DNA of 64,000 nucleotides from contig JACKDW010000006.1 in the NCBI GenBank assembly GCA_020633295.1, positions 206,181 to 270,180 of the forward strand. Direction: 5' to 3'. This document shows, piece after piece, positions 43,929 to 52,742 of this stretch; position 1 is the first letter of the stretch, and each line of letters opens with the position of its first letter. Below the pieces are notes generated by a model. The model was not told where the DNA came from. It worked only from the letters and a program-made list of their open reading frames with translations, and ran no database searches. The position numbers and the translations under genes were made by a program. The stretch is from Myxococcales bacterium (GTDB taxonomy: Bacteria > Myxococcota_A > Polyangia > Nannocystales > Nannocystaceae).

Positions 43929-46745
43929 ATGGACGAGTGGGCCTGCACAAGGGGCCCGCCGCCCGCGATGCTCGCTCGACGTCCACACCCCAGCCTCGCG
44001 CTCGCCGCGTGCCTCACGGCGCTCACGGCCTGCGCGAGCTGGAAGCCCCTGCCCCTGCCCGCGCGCGACCTGACGCCGCAGCTCGCCGCGCTCGAGTCCG
44101 CGAGCGTCGACGAGCGCCTCGACAACGGCCTGCGCCTCGTGCTCGCGCCCGACGACCACGCCGCGCTCGCGCAGCTCGACGTGCGCGTCGAGGCCGGCGC
44201 CCGCGACGATCCGCCGGGCAAGGGCGGCCTGGCGCACGTCGTCGAGCACATGACCTTTGAGTACGACGTCGACGTCGACGGCGACGCCGAGCCCGCGACG
44301 CTGGGCGAGCGGCTCGAGGCGCTGAGCCTGTATCACAACGCGTACACCAGCGCGGACGTCACCCACTACACGACCACGGGCCTCGCGGCGGACGTCGAGC
44401 GCCTGCTCGCGCTCGAGGTCGCGCGCCTGCGCGCCGACTGCGAGGCGCTCGACGCGGCCCGCTTCACGCGCGAGCTGACGGTGGTCGCCAACGAGCTGCG
44501 CCAGCGCGCCGGCGACCGCGAGCAGTACCTCGAGCGCGCGCTGACAGCTGCAGCCTTCCCCGAGGGACATCCGTACCGCGACCCGCCGGCGGACGACGAG
44601 CTCGAGCTCGCCGCGATCACGCAGGCGGACGTGTGCGCCTTCGTGCGCTCGCGCTACACCCCCGCGAACATCACCGTGGTCATCACGGGCGGCTTCGATC
44701 CGGCGCGGGTGCGGGCGATCGCCCGGCGACAATTCGGCGCGCTTCGTCGCGCGAGCGCGGCTCCACGGTCGGCGCTGCGCGGTCACTCCGACGCCGCCGC
44801 GCCGCGCCGCCGCAGCGTGCGGGCGGCGGTCGATCGCGCGGGCGTGGCGGTGATCGCCGACATCCCTGACGACCCCGACACGCTCGAGCCGTCGCCGGCG
44901 CTGCACGTCGCGCTCGAGCTGCTCGAGCGCGAGCTCCACGAGCTCGCGCGCGCGCGCGCCGAGATCGCCGACACGCGCCTCGCGCTGCTCGGCGGCGCAG
45001 GCTCGCGCAAGCTCGCGCTCTACGCCGCGACCGCCGGGGACCGCGACGATGAGCTTCGCGCGGTCGAGCGCGCGCTCACCGAATTGCTCGACGCGTTCGC
45101 GGGCGACGACGACGACGGCGCGCTCGAGCACGCGCGCAAGCGCGTGCTGCTGGCGACGCTGCGGCGCGCGAGCCAGCAGCAGACGCGCGGCGCCCTGCTC
45201 GCGAACCTCGCGCGCGGCGGCGAGTCGCTCCGCGAACGCGCCGACGCGCTCGGCGAGACGCCGGCGAGCTCGCTGCCGCGCTGGCGCGGTCAACCCCGCG
45301 ACGTCGTGTGGCTGCGCCCGTCGGGCGAGGATCCGACGCCGCGCGCCGCCCCGCGCTTCCTCGCCGAGCTCGACGCGCCCGGCGAGCGCGACCCGATCGT
45401 CGACGGCGGCGCGCGCCTCGACGCGCGGGCGCGCTGGAGCCCCGCGCTCCGCGAATTCACGCTGGACAACGGCATGCGCGTGATCCTGGCGCCGACCGCC
45501 GGGCTCCCGCTCGTCGACCTCCGCCTGATCTTCGACGTCGGCTCGATCGACGCGCCGCGCGAGCAGCCGGCGCTCGCGCGCCTCGTCGCCGACTGGATCA
45601 CCCCCTACCGGAGCGGTATGGCAGGCGAGCTCTACAACACGTACTTCGACGCGGGCGCCGACGCGACCCGGGCGACCGCAACCGAGACCACCGAGTTCCG
45701 CGTCGTCGGGCTCACGAGCGAGCTCGACCACCTGGTCGCGGGGCTCAGCACCTTCACCGCCGACGGCGTGTTCAGCGAGGAGCACGTCGAGGGCGAGCGC
45801 AAGGTGCTGCGCGCGCAGCTCGGGCGCCGCGACGTCGAGGGTCGCGTGCGCGCCGAGCTCGAGCTCAACGCGGCGGTGTTCGGCGACGCGCACCCCTACG
45901 CCCGCCGCCGCGAGCCCGCGCCGGCGCAGCTCGACGCGCTCACCGAGGCCGCGCTGCGCCGCTTCAAGCGGACGCACTACCGCGCCGCGTCGGCGAGCCT
46001 GATCATCGCGGGGCGCTTCAGCCCGGCGCTCGCCGAGGCCCACATCCGCGCCCGCTTCGACCGCGACTCGCTCTCGCGGCGACTCGAGCGCTGGGACCAC
46101 GCGCCAGCGCGCGGCCCGAGGCCGCCGGTCGACGGCGCCCAGACGCGCCCGCGACACCTCGGGCTCGCCGAGGACGACGCGACCCAGACCACGATCTACG
46201 CGGCGCTGCCCATCCCCTCGCTGGCGGACGGTCAGCACGGCGCGCGCCTCGTGATGATCGAGCTGCTCAGCGAGGCGGTCGGGCGCCTGCGCGAGCAGCT
46301 CGGCGCGAGCTACGGCTTCCGGGCCTACCTCGAGGGCGACGCGGGCCCCGCGAGCGTCACGATCCAGGGTCAGGTCGATCCGCGGCGCGCCGGCGAGGCG
46401 CTGCGCGTGCTCGCCGAGAGCCTCGAGGGCGCGCGCGCCGACGCGACGCACGAGGGTCGCTTCGCCAGGGCGCGCCGCGCCGTGCTGCGCCGCCTGCTCG
46501 CGGACGCCGGCGACCCGACCACGCTCGCCAGTCAGCTCGCGTTCACGCTCCGTCACGAGCTGCCGCGCGACTACTTCGCCACCCTCGCCGGCGAGGTCGC
46601 GCGCCTGCAGCCCAGCGAGCTCGCCGAGCTCACGCGCGTCGAGCTCGACCGCGCGCGCCTCAGCACGCTCTGCATCGGCGCCCGCGACGACGTGGAGACC
46701 GCCTACCGCGAGGCCGGCGTCGACGCGATTCACTGGGTCGAGTAG
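43929..46745 (+). CDS. Tandem M16-family (pitrilysin/insulinase) zinc peptidase lipoprotein with two M16 units. Likely true start at 43968 (MLARRPHPSLALAACLTALTAC).
   Basis: HxxEH zinc motif HVVEHMTFE. A second inactive-type M16 half. 938 aa. Confidence 0.8.
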   Translation: MDEWACTRGPPPAMLARRPHPSLALAACLTALTACASWKPLPLPARDLTPQLAALESASVDERLDNGLRLVLAPDDHAALAQLDVRVEAGARDDPPGKGGLAHVVEHMTFEYDVDVDGDAEPATLGERLEALSLYHNAYTSADVTHYTTTGLAADVERLLALEVARLRADCEALDAARFTRELTVVANELRQRAGDREQYLERALTAAAFPEGHPYRDPPADDELELAAITQADVCAFVRSRYTPANITVVITGGFDPARVRAIARRQFGALRRASAAPRSALRGHSDAAAPRRRSVRAAVDRAGVAVIADIPDDPDTLEPSPALHVALELLERELHELARARAEIADTRLALLGGAGSRKLALYAATAGDRDDELRAVERALTELLDAFAGDDDDGALEHARKRVLLATLRRASQQQTRGALLANLARGGESLRERADALGETPASSLPRWRGQPRDVVWLRPSGEDPTPRAAPRFLAELDAPGERDPIVDGGARLDARARWSPALREFTLDNGMRVILAPTAGLPLVDLRLIFDVGSIDAPREQPALARLVADWITPYRSGMAGELYNTYFDAGADATRATATETTEFRVVGLTSELDHLVAGLSTFTADGVFSEEHVEGERKVLRAQLGRRDVEGRVRAELELNAAVFGDAHPYARRREPAPAQLDALTEAALRRFKRTHYRAASASLIIAGRFSPALAEAHIRARFDRDSLSRRLERWDHAPARGPRPPVDGAQTRPRHLGLAEDDATQTTIYAALPIPSLADGQHGARLVMIELLSEAVGRLREQLGASYGFRAYLEGDAGPASVTIQGQVDPRRAGEALRVLAESLEGARADATHEGRFARARRAVLRRLLADAGDPTTLASQLAFTLRHELPRDYFATLAGEVARLQPSELAELTRVELDRARLSTLCIGARDDVETAYREAGVDAIHWVE

Positions 46746-46806
46746 TCGAGCGTCGAGTCGTCGAGCGTCGAGTCGTCGAGTCGTCGAGTCGTCGAGTCGT
46801 CAAGTA
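46738..46806. repeat. Intergenic microsatellite (GTCGAGY)n, ~9 copies, between convergent peptidase and methyltransferase genes
   Basis: Read directly: gtcgagcgtcgagtcgtcgagcgtcgagtcgtcgagtcgtcgagtcgtcgagtcgtcaag. Confidence 0.9.
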
Positions 46807-46819
46807 GCCACTGACGCGC

Positions 46820-47560
46820 CTACGGCGTCCTGCGAAACCGCAGGAAGTAGTTCTCGCGCAGCGTCCCCGCGCGCAGCGCGACCGGGCCCTCGAGCGCGAA
46901 GCCGGCCGCCTCGAGCTCGCCGACGACCTCGCGCTCGCCCGCGCGGACATGCTCGAGCAGCCAGGCCGCGCTCTCCCCCTCCACGCGGTCGTAGTCGATC
47001 AAGTACAGGAGTCCCCCCGGCCGCAGCGCCGCGTGGATCTCCGCCAGGTACGCGCGCGGGTACTCGATGTGGTGATACGCGTCGCTGGTGAACACGACGT
47101 CGACGGAGCCCGCCGCCAGCGACGGCGAGCGCTCGGTCGCCTGCACCGTCGTGACGACCTCGGCGACGCCCTGCGCCGCCGCCTGGGCCCGGATGTGGGC
47201 GAGGAAGTGCGGCATCAAGTCGACCGCGAACACGCGCCCGGCGGGCCCCACGGCCTTCGCGAGCAGCATCGTGAACAGCCCCGTGCCCGCGCCGATGTCC
47301 GCGACCGCGACCCCGGGCTGGAGCGCGAGCGCCTCGACGATCGCGTGCCGGTGATCGAAGACCTCGCGCCCCTCGCGTTCAAACCGCCGCCGCCACGGGC
47401 GGATCGTCGCCTGCTCGAAGTAGCTGTCGTTGATCCCCGGGTGCACGCTGGCCTCCGGCGTCGCGTCCGCGGCCTCGCCCGCCCGCGCGACGCCGGCGTC
47501 CTCCGTCGGCGCGTGGGCCACGGCCGCGTGCGCCGGCGCGCCCAGGCTGGGCGCGCGCGC
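46820..47560 (-). CDS. Class I SAM-dependent methyltransferase domain (Methyltransf_11/25-like). 5' end and start codon unresolved (see frameshift finding).
   Basis: VADIGAGTGLFTMLLAKAV (motif I)...VDVVFTSDAYHH...PGGLLYLIDY. No ATG in frame upstream of the domain within ORF 46820..48844. Confidence 0.55.
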   Translation of the reverse strand, partial: ARAPSLGAPAHAAVAHAPTEDAGVARAGEAADATPEASVHPGINDSYFEQATIRPWRRRFEREGREVFDHRHAIVEALALQPGVAVADIGAGTGLFTMLLAKAVGPAGRVFAVDLMPHFLAHIRAQAAAQGVAEVVTTVQATERSPSLAAGSVDVVFTSDAYHHIEYPRAYLAEIHAALRPGGLLYLIDYDRVEGESAAWLLEHVRAGEREVVGELEAAGFALEGPVALRAGTLRENYFLRFRRTP

Positions 47561-47668
47561 GCGCGTCCGGGGTCGCCGGCGCCTCCACCCTCGCGGCCGG
47601 GATCGCGCAGGCCGTGATACACAGGAGCGCGCCGACGAGCTCGCGGGCGCGCGCGGGAGACCGGTGAA

Positions 47669-49060
47669 TTGCGATCCGCACGACGCACGCACGCTACCAC
47701 CTCCACCCCACACGCACGCGACATCGCGCCGCAGCGCCGTCGCGCGTCGTCCCTCGCGCTCGTGTCCGCGCTCACCCTGTGCACGCACGCCGCGTGCGCC
47801 CCGGTCGCGCGCGCCCCGAACCACGAGCACGCCGTGAAGCCCGATCGCGACCACGACGCCCACGATCCCGCCGCGCCGCGTGAGCCCGCCGCGACCCTCG
47901 AGCTCGTCGAGAGCTGGCCGCTCGAGACCCGCCTCGCGCAGCCCGACCTCGTCGACGCCGCGCGCGCGTGGGTGGAGATGATCGACGGCGCCGAGACGAC
48001 CATCGACCTCGCCGAGTTCTACGGCGCGACCGTCGAGGGCGGCGCGCTCGAGCCGGTGATCGAGGCGCTCGAGCGCGCCGCCGCGCGCGGCGTCACGATC
48101 CGCGCGCTGTTCGACCGCAGCTTCCACGAGAAGATGCCCGCGGTCCCCGACCGCCTCGCCGCGATCGCCGGCGTCGACGTCCGGCTCATCGACGGCGCGC
48201 GCTACGGCGAGCGCGGGGTCCTGCACGCCAAGTACTTCGTCGTCGATCGCCGCGCGCTGTTCCTCGGCAGCCAGAACTTCGACTGGCGGGCGCTCGAGCA
48301 CATCCTCGAGCTCGGCGTGCGCCTGCGCCACGACGGCCTCGCGCGCCGCTTGACCTGGCTGTTTGAGCACGACTGGGCGCTCGCCGGCGGCGCTGACCCG
48401 ACGGGGGCGCGCGCGACCGCGGACCGCGCGGCCGCGAGCCCGCCGCCCGACGGCGACGACGCGGCGCGCTTCGGCGACGAGCCGCTCGCGCTCGAGCTGC
48501 TCGCCAGCCCGCGCGACGCCCTCGAGCGCCCCGGCGACTGGGACCTCCCACGGCTCGTCGCCGCCATCGACGGCGCGCGCGCGGACGTGCGCGTGCAGCT
48601 GCTCAGCTACGGCACCGAGCCCCCGGACGGCGACGACGCGGCGCGCTTCGCCGCGCTCGACGACGCGCTGCGCCGCGCGGCCGCCCGCGGCGTGCGGACG
48701 CGGCTGCTCGTCGCCCACTGGAGCACGGCCGAGGACCGCCTCGCGCCGCTGCGCGCGCTCGAGCGCGCCGCCAACCTCGAGGTCGCGTTCGTCACGATCC
48801 CGCCCCACAGCGGCGGCTTCATCCCCTTCGCGCGGGTCGCCCACAGCAAGTACCTCGTCGTCGACGAGGCGCTCGCGTGGATCGGCACGAGCAACTGGTC
48901 GCGGGAGTACTTCTACGGCAGCCGCAACGTCGGGCTGCTCGTCCGCGGCGGCGCGGTCGCGCGGCGGCTCGCGCGGCTCTACGATGACCTCTGGGACAGC
49001 TCGTACACCACCCGCCTCGACCCGGACGCGAGCTACCCGCCGCCGCGCGTCGCCGAGTGA
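47669..49060 (+). CDS. Phospholipase D-family protein with two HKD motifs (cardiolipin synthase/PLD-like), predicted secreted lipoprotein
   Basis: HAKYFVVDRRALFLGSQNFD and HSKYLVVDEALAWIGTSNWS (HxKxxxxD x2). Signal LALVSALTLCTHAAC. Exact start uncertain. Confidence 0.75.
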   Translation: MRSARRTHATTSTPHARDIAPQRRRASSLALVSALTLCTHAACAPVARAPNHEHAVKPDRDHDAHDPAAPREPAATLELVESWPLETRLAQPDLVDAARAWVEMIDGAETTIDLAEFYGATVEGGALEPVIEALERAAARGVTIRALFDRSFHEKMPAVPDRLAAIAGVDVRLIDGARYGERGVLHAKYFVVDRRALFLGSQNFDWRALEHILELGVRLRHDGLARRLTWLFEHDWALAGGADPTGARATADRAAASPPPDGDDAARFGDEPLALELLASPRDALERPGDWDLPRLVAAIDGARADVRVQLLSYGTEPPDGDDAARFAALDDALRRAAARGVRTRLLVAHWSTAEDRLAPLRALERAANLEVAFVTIPPHSGGFIPFARVAHSKYLVVDEALAWIGTSNWSREYFYGSRNVGLLVRGGAVARRLARLYDDLWDSSYTTRLDPDASYPPPRVAE

Positions 49061-49536
49061 CGCGCGCGCGCGACCTCGCGCGCCCTCGCGCGCCCGCGCG
49101 CGCCAGGGACCCGAGACACGCCGCGACGCGCTCGCGCTACACTCTCGACGTGGTGCTGCTCCTCGAGACGCTCGCGCTCGACCCGGCCATCAAGTCCCTG
49201 TGTCGCGAGGTCCTGGCGACCAGCGCGGACTACCGCGAGGCCGCCGCGCGCCTCGACATCACCCGCGCCGCGCTCGGGCGCTACCTCGAGAAGTACGGGC
49301 TCTCCTGGCGTCCGGAGCGACCGGACGCGCGAGACAGCGAGCCCGATCCCGGCGACGACGCGCTCGTGCTCGAGGTCCAGAGCCTCGCCGAGCTCGAGCG
49401 CACGCTGTGCATCCGCGCGCTCGCTCGCGCCGGCGAGATCCCGGGCGCCGCGGCGCTGCTCGGGCTCAGCGAGCACGCGCTGCGGCGGCGCATCATCGTC
49501 CACCGGATCAACCCCGAGATGCTGCCGGATCGCTGA
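49057..49536 (+). CDS. Small regulatory protein with two Fis-type HTH (HTH_8-like) motifs
   Basis: SADYREAAARLDITRAALGRYLEKYGL and GEIPGAAALLGLSEHALRRRII. GTGA overlap with the PLD stop. Start uncertain. Confidence 0.45.
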   Translation: MTRARDLARPRAPARARDPRHAATRSRYTLDVVLLLETLALDPAIKSLCREVLATSADYREAAARLDITRAALGRYLEKYGLSWRPERPDARDSEPDPGDDALVLEVQSLAELERTLCIRALARAGEIPGAAALLGLSEHALRRRIIVHRINPEMLPDR

Positions 49537-49616
49537 GCGCGAGCCCGTCGACGTACCCGATTCAAGGGACAGGTGCGCGATGAAATCGAATCACGGGCTC
49601 GCGCGTCTATGCCTCC

Positions 49617-50651
49617 ATGCGCACGCGCACGCCCGCCGCCCGCCGTCGACGCGCGGACGCACGCGCCAGCCTGCTCGGCCTCGGGCTGATATGCTCCGCC
49701 GGCGTCGCCTGTGATCCGCTGCTCCGGGCGCCGCGCGCCGAGCAGCCCGAGATGTCGCCCACGTCCCCAGCGCGCGCCCCCGCCCCGGCCCCCGCGAGTG
49801 ATCCCGTCGCGCCCGCGGAGGATCCCGCCGACACCGCGCCCGCCCTCGCGGTCGATGACGCCCCCGACGCCGAGCCCGCTGAGGCCGCGTCCAGCGAGCC
49901 CGCTCCGGAATTCGCTCCGGGATCCGCTCCGGAAGCCGCGCCCGAGGAGCCCGGCCCCGCGCGCCCCGAGCTTCGCCCGTTCACGCGCTGGGACGCCGGC
50001 AGCGGGCTGTCCGCGAAGGAGCGTGATCGCGGCGCGCACGCGCGTCGCCAGGACACCGTCCGGGGCCTGTTCACCGCGGCCGGGCTCAGCTTCCCGCCGC
50101 GCCAGCTGCTGATGCGCGCGTTCAAGGCCGAGCGCGAGCTCGAGGTCTGGGCGACCGACCGTCGCGGCGATCCCTTCACCCACGTCACGACGTACAAGAT
50201 CTGCGCGGCCTCCGGCGTCGCGGGCCCCAAGAAAGCCGAGGGCGACGGCCAGGTCCCCGAGGGCTTCTACACCATCAACCTGTTTAACCCGCGCAGCAGC
50301 TACCACCTGTCGATGCGCGTCAGCTACCCCAACCGCCGCGATCGCGCGCTCCGCTACACCGGCAGCGCCATCATGATCCACGGCGACTGCGTGTCGATCG
50401 GCTGCCTCGCCATGAGCGACGAGCGCATCGAGGAGCTGTGGGTGATGAACAAGGCGCTGCCCGAGGGAGAGCGCGCCGACGTGCACCTGTTCCCCGGCCG
50501 CGACCTCGCCGGCATGATCGAGCGCGCGCGCCCCCGCGACCCCGAACTCGCCGCGTTCTGGACCACGCTCAAGCGGGGCAACGACGCCTTTGAAGCGAAC
50601 CATCAGCTCCCCGTGATCCGCGTCAAGGACGGCGCCTACACCGTCGAGTGA
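49617..50651 (+). CDS. L,D-transpeptidase-family protein (YkuD/YafK-like catalytic domain) with Pro/Ala/Glu-rich N-terminal linker
   Basis: Signal peptide. Catalytic motif IMIHGDCVSIGCLAMSD (His...Cys). Confidence 0.7.
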   Translation: MRTRTPAARRRRADARASLLGLGLICSAGVACDPLLRAPRAEQPEMSPTSPARAPAPAPASDPVAPAEDPADTAPALAVDDAPDAEPAEAASSEPAPEFAPGSAPEAAPEEPGPARPELRPFTRWDAGSGLSAKERDRGAHARRQDTVRGLFTAAGLSFPPRQLLMRAFKAERELEVWATDRRGDPFTHVTTYKICAASGVAGPKKAEGDGQVPEGFYTINLFNPRSSYHLSMRVSYPNRRDRALRYTGSAIMIHGDCVSIGCLAMSDERIEELWVMNKALPEGERADVHLFPGRDLAGMIERARPRDPELAAFWTTLKRGNDAFEANHQLPVIRVKDGAYTVE

Positions 50652-50762
50652 CCGCGCGCGAGGCGACGTGGCGCGACCGCGACGCCAGCGCGATGAACCG
50701 CGGGCGGCACGCGTCGCCGTCGACGGGTGAACGCAGGACAACGACGCGGTAACATCGTTGGT

Positions 50763-52058
50763 ATGGCCCCGGCCCCAGCACCGAACCCGAAGTCCCCTGC
50801 GCTCGCGACCCTCGTCGCGCGCGGCTACTTCGAGCAGGCATCGGACCTCGACGCGATCGACGACGCGCTCTCGAGCGGCATGGTGACCTTCTACATCGGC
50901 TTCGATCCGACCGCGCGCTCGCTGCACGCCGGCAACCTCCTGACCATCATGGCGATGCGCGTGCTCCAGCGGCACGGGCACCGGCCGATCTGCCTGCTCG
51001 GCGCCGGCACGGCGATGGTCGGCGACCCCTCGGGCAAGACCGAGATGCGCAAGATCCTCGATCAGGAGACCATCGCCGAGAACGCGGCCGCGTTCCGCGA
51101 GCAGTTCTCGCGCTTCCTGCACTTCGACCGCGGGCAGGCCAACGACGCGCTCCTGCTCAACAACGCCGACTGGCTGCTCGGCCTCAAGTACATCGAGTTC
51201 CTGCGCGATATCGGGCGTCACTTCACCGTCAACCGGATGGTCGCGGTGAAGACCTACCGCGACCGCCTCGACGCCGAGATCCCGCTCAGCTTCCTGGAGT
51301 TTAACTACCAGCTGCTCCAGGCCTACGACTTCTACCACCTGTCCCAAAGTTACGATTGCACGTTGCAGCTCGGCGGCAGCGATCAGTGGGGCAACATGAT
51401 CGCGGGCGTCGAGCTGATCCGCCGCATGCAGTGCGAGCGCGAGACCGGCGAGGCCGGCGCGACCTGCCTGACCTTCCCGCTGCTGACGACCGCCGACGGC
51501 CGCAAGATGGGGAAGAGCGAGCGCGGCGCCGTCTGGCTCTCGGGCGAGCTGCTCTCCCCCTTCGAGTACTACCAGTACTGGATCAACCGCGACGACCGCG
51601 ACGTCGGCCGCCTGCTGCGGCTCTACACCGAGATCCCGCTCGAGGAGATCGACGAGATCACGCAGGTCGAGGGCTCCGCGATGCGCGAGGCCACGCGTCG
51701 GCTCGCCTTCGAGGCCACGCGACTGCTGCACGGCGAGGAGGCCGCCGAGCAGGCCGAGACCGCGAGCCGGCAGGCCTTCGGCGGCGGCGGTGACTGGAGC
51801 GCCGTGCCCGAGCTCGCGCTCGACGTCGGCGAGATCACGCTCGTCGACCTGCTCGTTCACGAGCACGTGCAGGCCTTCAAGTCGAAGCGGGAGACGCGGA
51901 AGCGCGTCGAGGCCAACGCGGTCAAGATCAACGACGAGCCCTGCACCGATCCCAACCGCCTGCTGACCGCGCGAGACCAGGACGACCAGGGTCTGCGGAT
52001 CAAGGTCGGGAAAAAGCGCTTCCGCATTTGCCTCGTCGACTCGGAAGCCGCACCCTGA
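50763..52058 (+). CDS. tyrS: Tyrosine--tRNA ligase
   Basis: HIGH-region variant GFDPTARSLHAGNL. KMGKS motif (KMGKSE). C-terminal S4 domain. Start taken at MAPAPA (ORF begins 50727). Confidence 0.9.
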   Translation: MAPAPAPNPKSPALATLVARGYFEQASDLDAIDDALSSGMVTFYIGFDPTARSLHAGNLLTIMAMRVLQRHGHRPICLLGAGTAMVGDPSGKTEMRKILDQETIAENAAAFREQFSRFLHFDRGQANDALLLNNADWLLGLKYIEFLRDIGRHFTVNRMVAVKTYRDRLDAEIPLSFLEFNYQLLQAYDFYHLSQSYDCTLQLGGSDQWGNMIAGVELIRRMQCERETGEAGATCLTFPLLTTADGRKMGKSERGAVWLSGELLSPFEYYQYWINRDDRDVGRLLRLYTEIPLEEIDEITQVEGSAMREATRRLAFEATRLLHGEEAAEQAETASRQAFGGGGDWSAVPELALDVGEITLVDLLVHEHVQAFKSKRETRKRVEANAVKINDEPCTDPNRLLTARDQDDQGLRIKVGKKRFRICLVDSEAAP

Positions 52059-52103
52059 TCTCGAGCGTTCCATCCCCCACCCCCCGGGATTGTTCGTCGC
52101 CGA

Positions 52104-52523
52104 ATGACCGCGCCTGATCCCCCAACTCGGCTCTATGACGCGCTGTGCGAGCTCGACGTGCAGCCCGCCGACGTTCGCGGAGATCCGTCGGGCAAGACGT
52201 GGCTCCCGGACGAGCTGCGCGCGCTCGTCGAGGCCGACGAGCGCTGTCAAAAAGTCCTCGCCGAGTGGATCGACGAGGAGCTCGAGTTCTTCGACAGCGT
52301 AAAGCTCCGCCCCGACGCGCTCTTCACCGACCGCGTGGTCAAGGCGACCGAGCCCGAGCAGATCGCCGGCGCCGGCCTCGAGCCCGCGCGCCGCGGCCTC
52401 GTGCTCGCGGCCGCCTACGCGCTCGCGGCCGGCCTCGCGATCCTGTTCCTCCGCCAGCTGGTCACCGAGACATCTCTGCTCAGGCGGCTCGCCGAGCAGC
52501 TGCGCGGCCTCCTCGGCGGATAA
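52104..52523 (+). CDS. Hypothetical protein (139 aa) with C-terminal hydrophobic segment. 3' end is duplicated downstream.
   Basis: ORF co-directional with tyrS, 45 nt downstream. Confidence 0.4.
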   Translation: MTAPDPPTRLYDALCELDVQPADVRGDPSGKTWLPDELRALVEADERCQKVLAEWIDEELEFFDSVKLRPDALFTDRVVKATEPEQIAGAGLEPARRGLVLAAAYALAAGLAILFLRQLVTETSLLRRLAEQLRGLLGG

Positions 52524-52692
52524 CCTGCTCGTGTCGCCCGCGAGTCCCGCTCGGGCTCGCGGCCAGCCTCGCTCCCCGGTGCCTCCGCCAGCTGGTCACC
52601 GAGACATCTCTACTCAGCGGGCTCGCCGAGCAGCTTCGCGGCCTCCTCGGCGGCTAGCGTGCCCGTGTCGCCCGTGAGTCTACCTCGGGCTC
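52448..52692 (+). repeat. Tandem direct repeat, 2 x ~110 bp (period ~134 bp), ~90% identical. Copy 1 is the last 25 codons + stop + 35 nt of ORF 52104..52523.
   Basis: Read directly: cctccgccagctggtcaccgagacatctct[g/a]ctcag[gc/cg]ggctcgccgagcagct[g/t]cgcggcctcctcggcgg[ataa/ctag]c...gtgtcgcccg[c/t]gagtc... Confidence 0.85.
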
Positions 52693-52742
52693 CGGATGCC
52701 GAGCTCAGCGGTCTCCCGCGAGCGCCGCGCTCGAGCGCGCCC

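Noticed and set aside
43626-46733. 1035-aa ORF antisense to the M16 peptidase
   Set aside because: No motifs, Arg/Ala/Gly-rich. The plus strand carries the HxxEH zinc motif and a lipoprotein signal.
49281-52250. 989-aa ORF antisense to the L,D-transpeptidase and tyrS
   Set aside because: Antisense to two well-supported genes (KMGKS, HGDC..GC motifs). Artefact composition.
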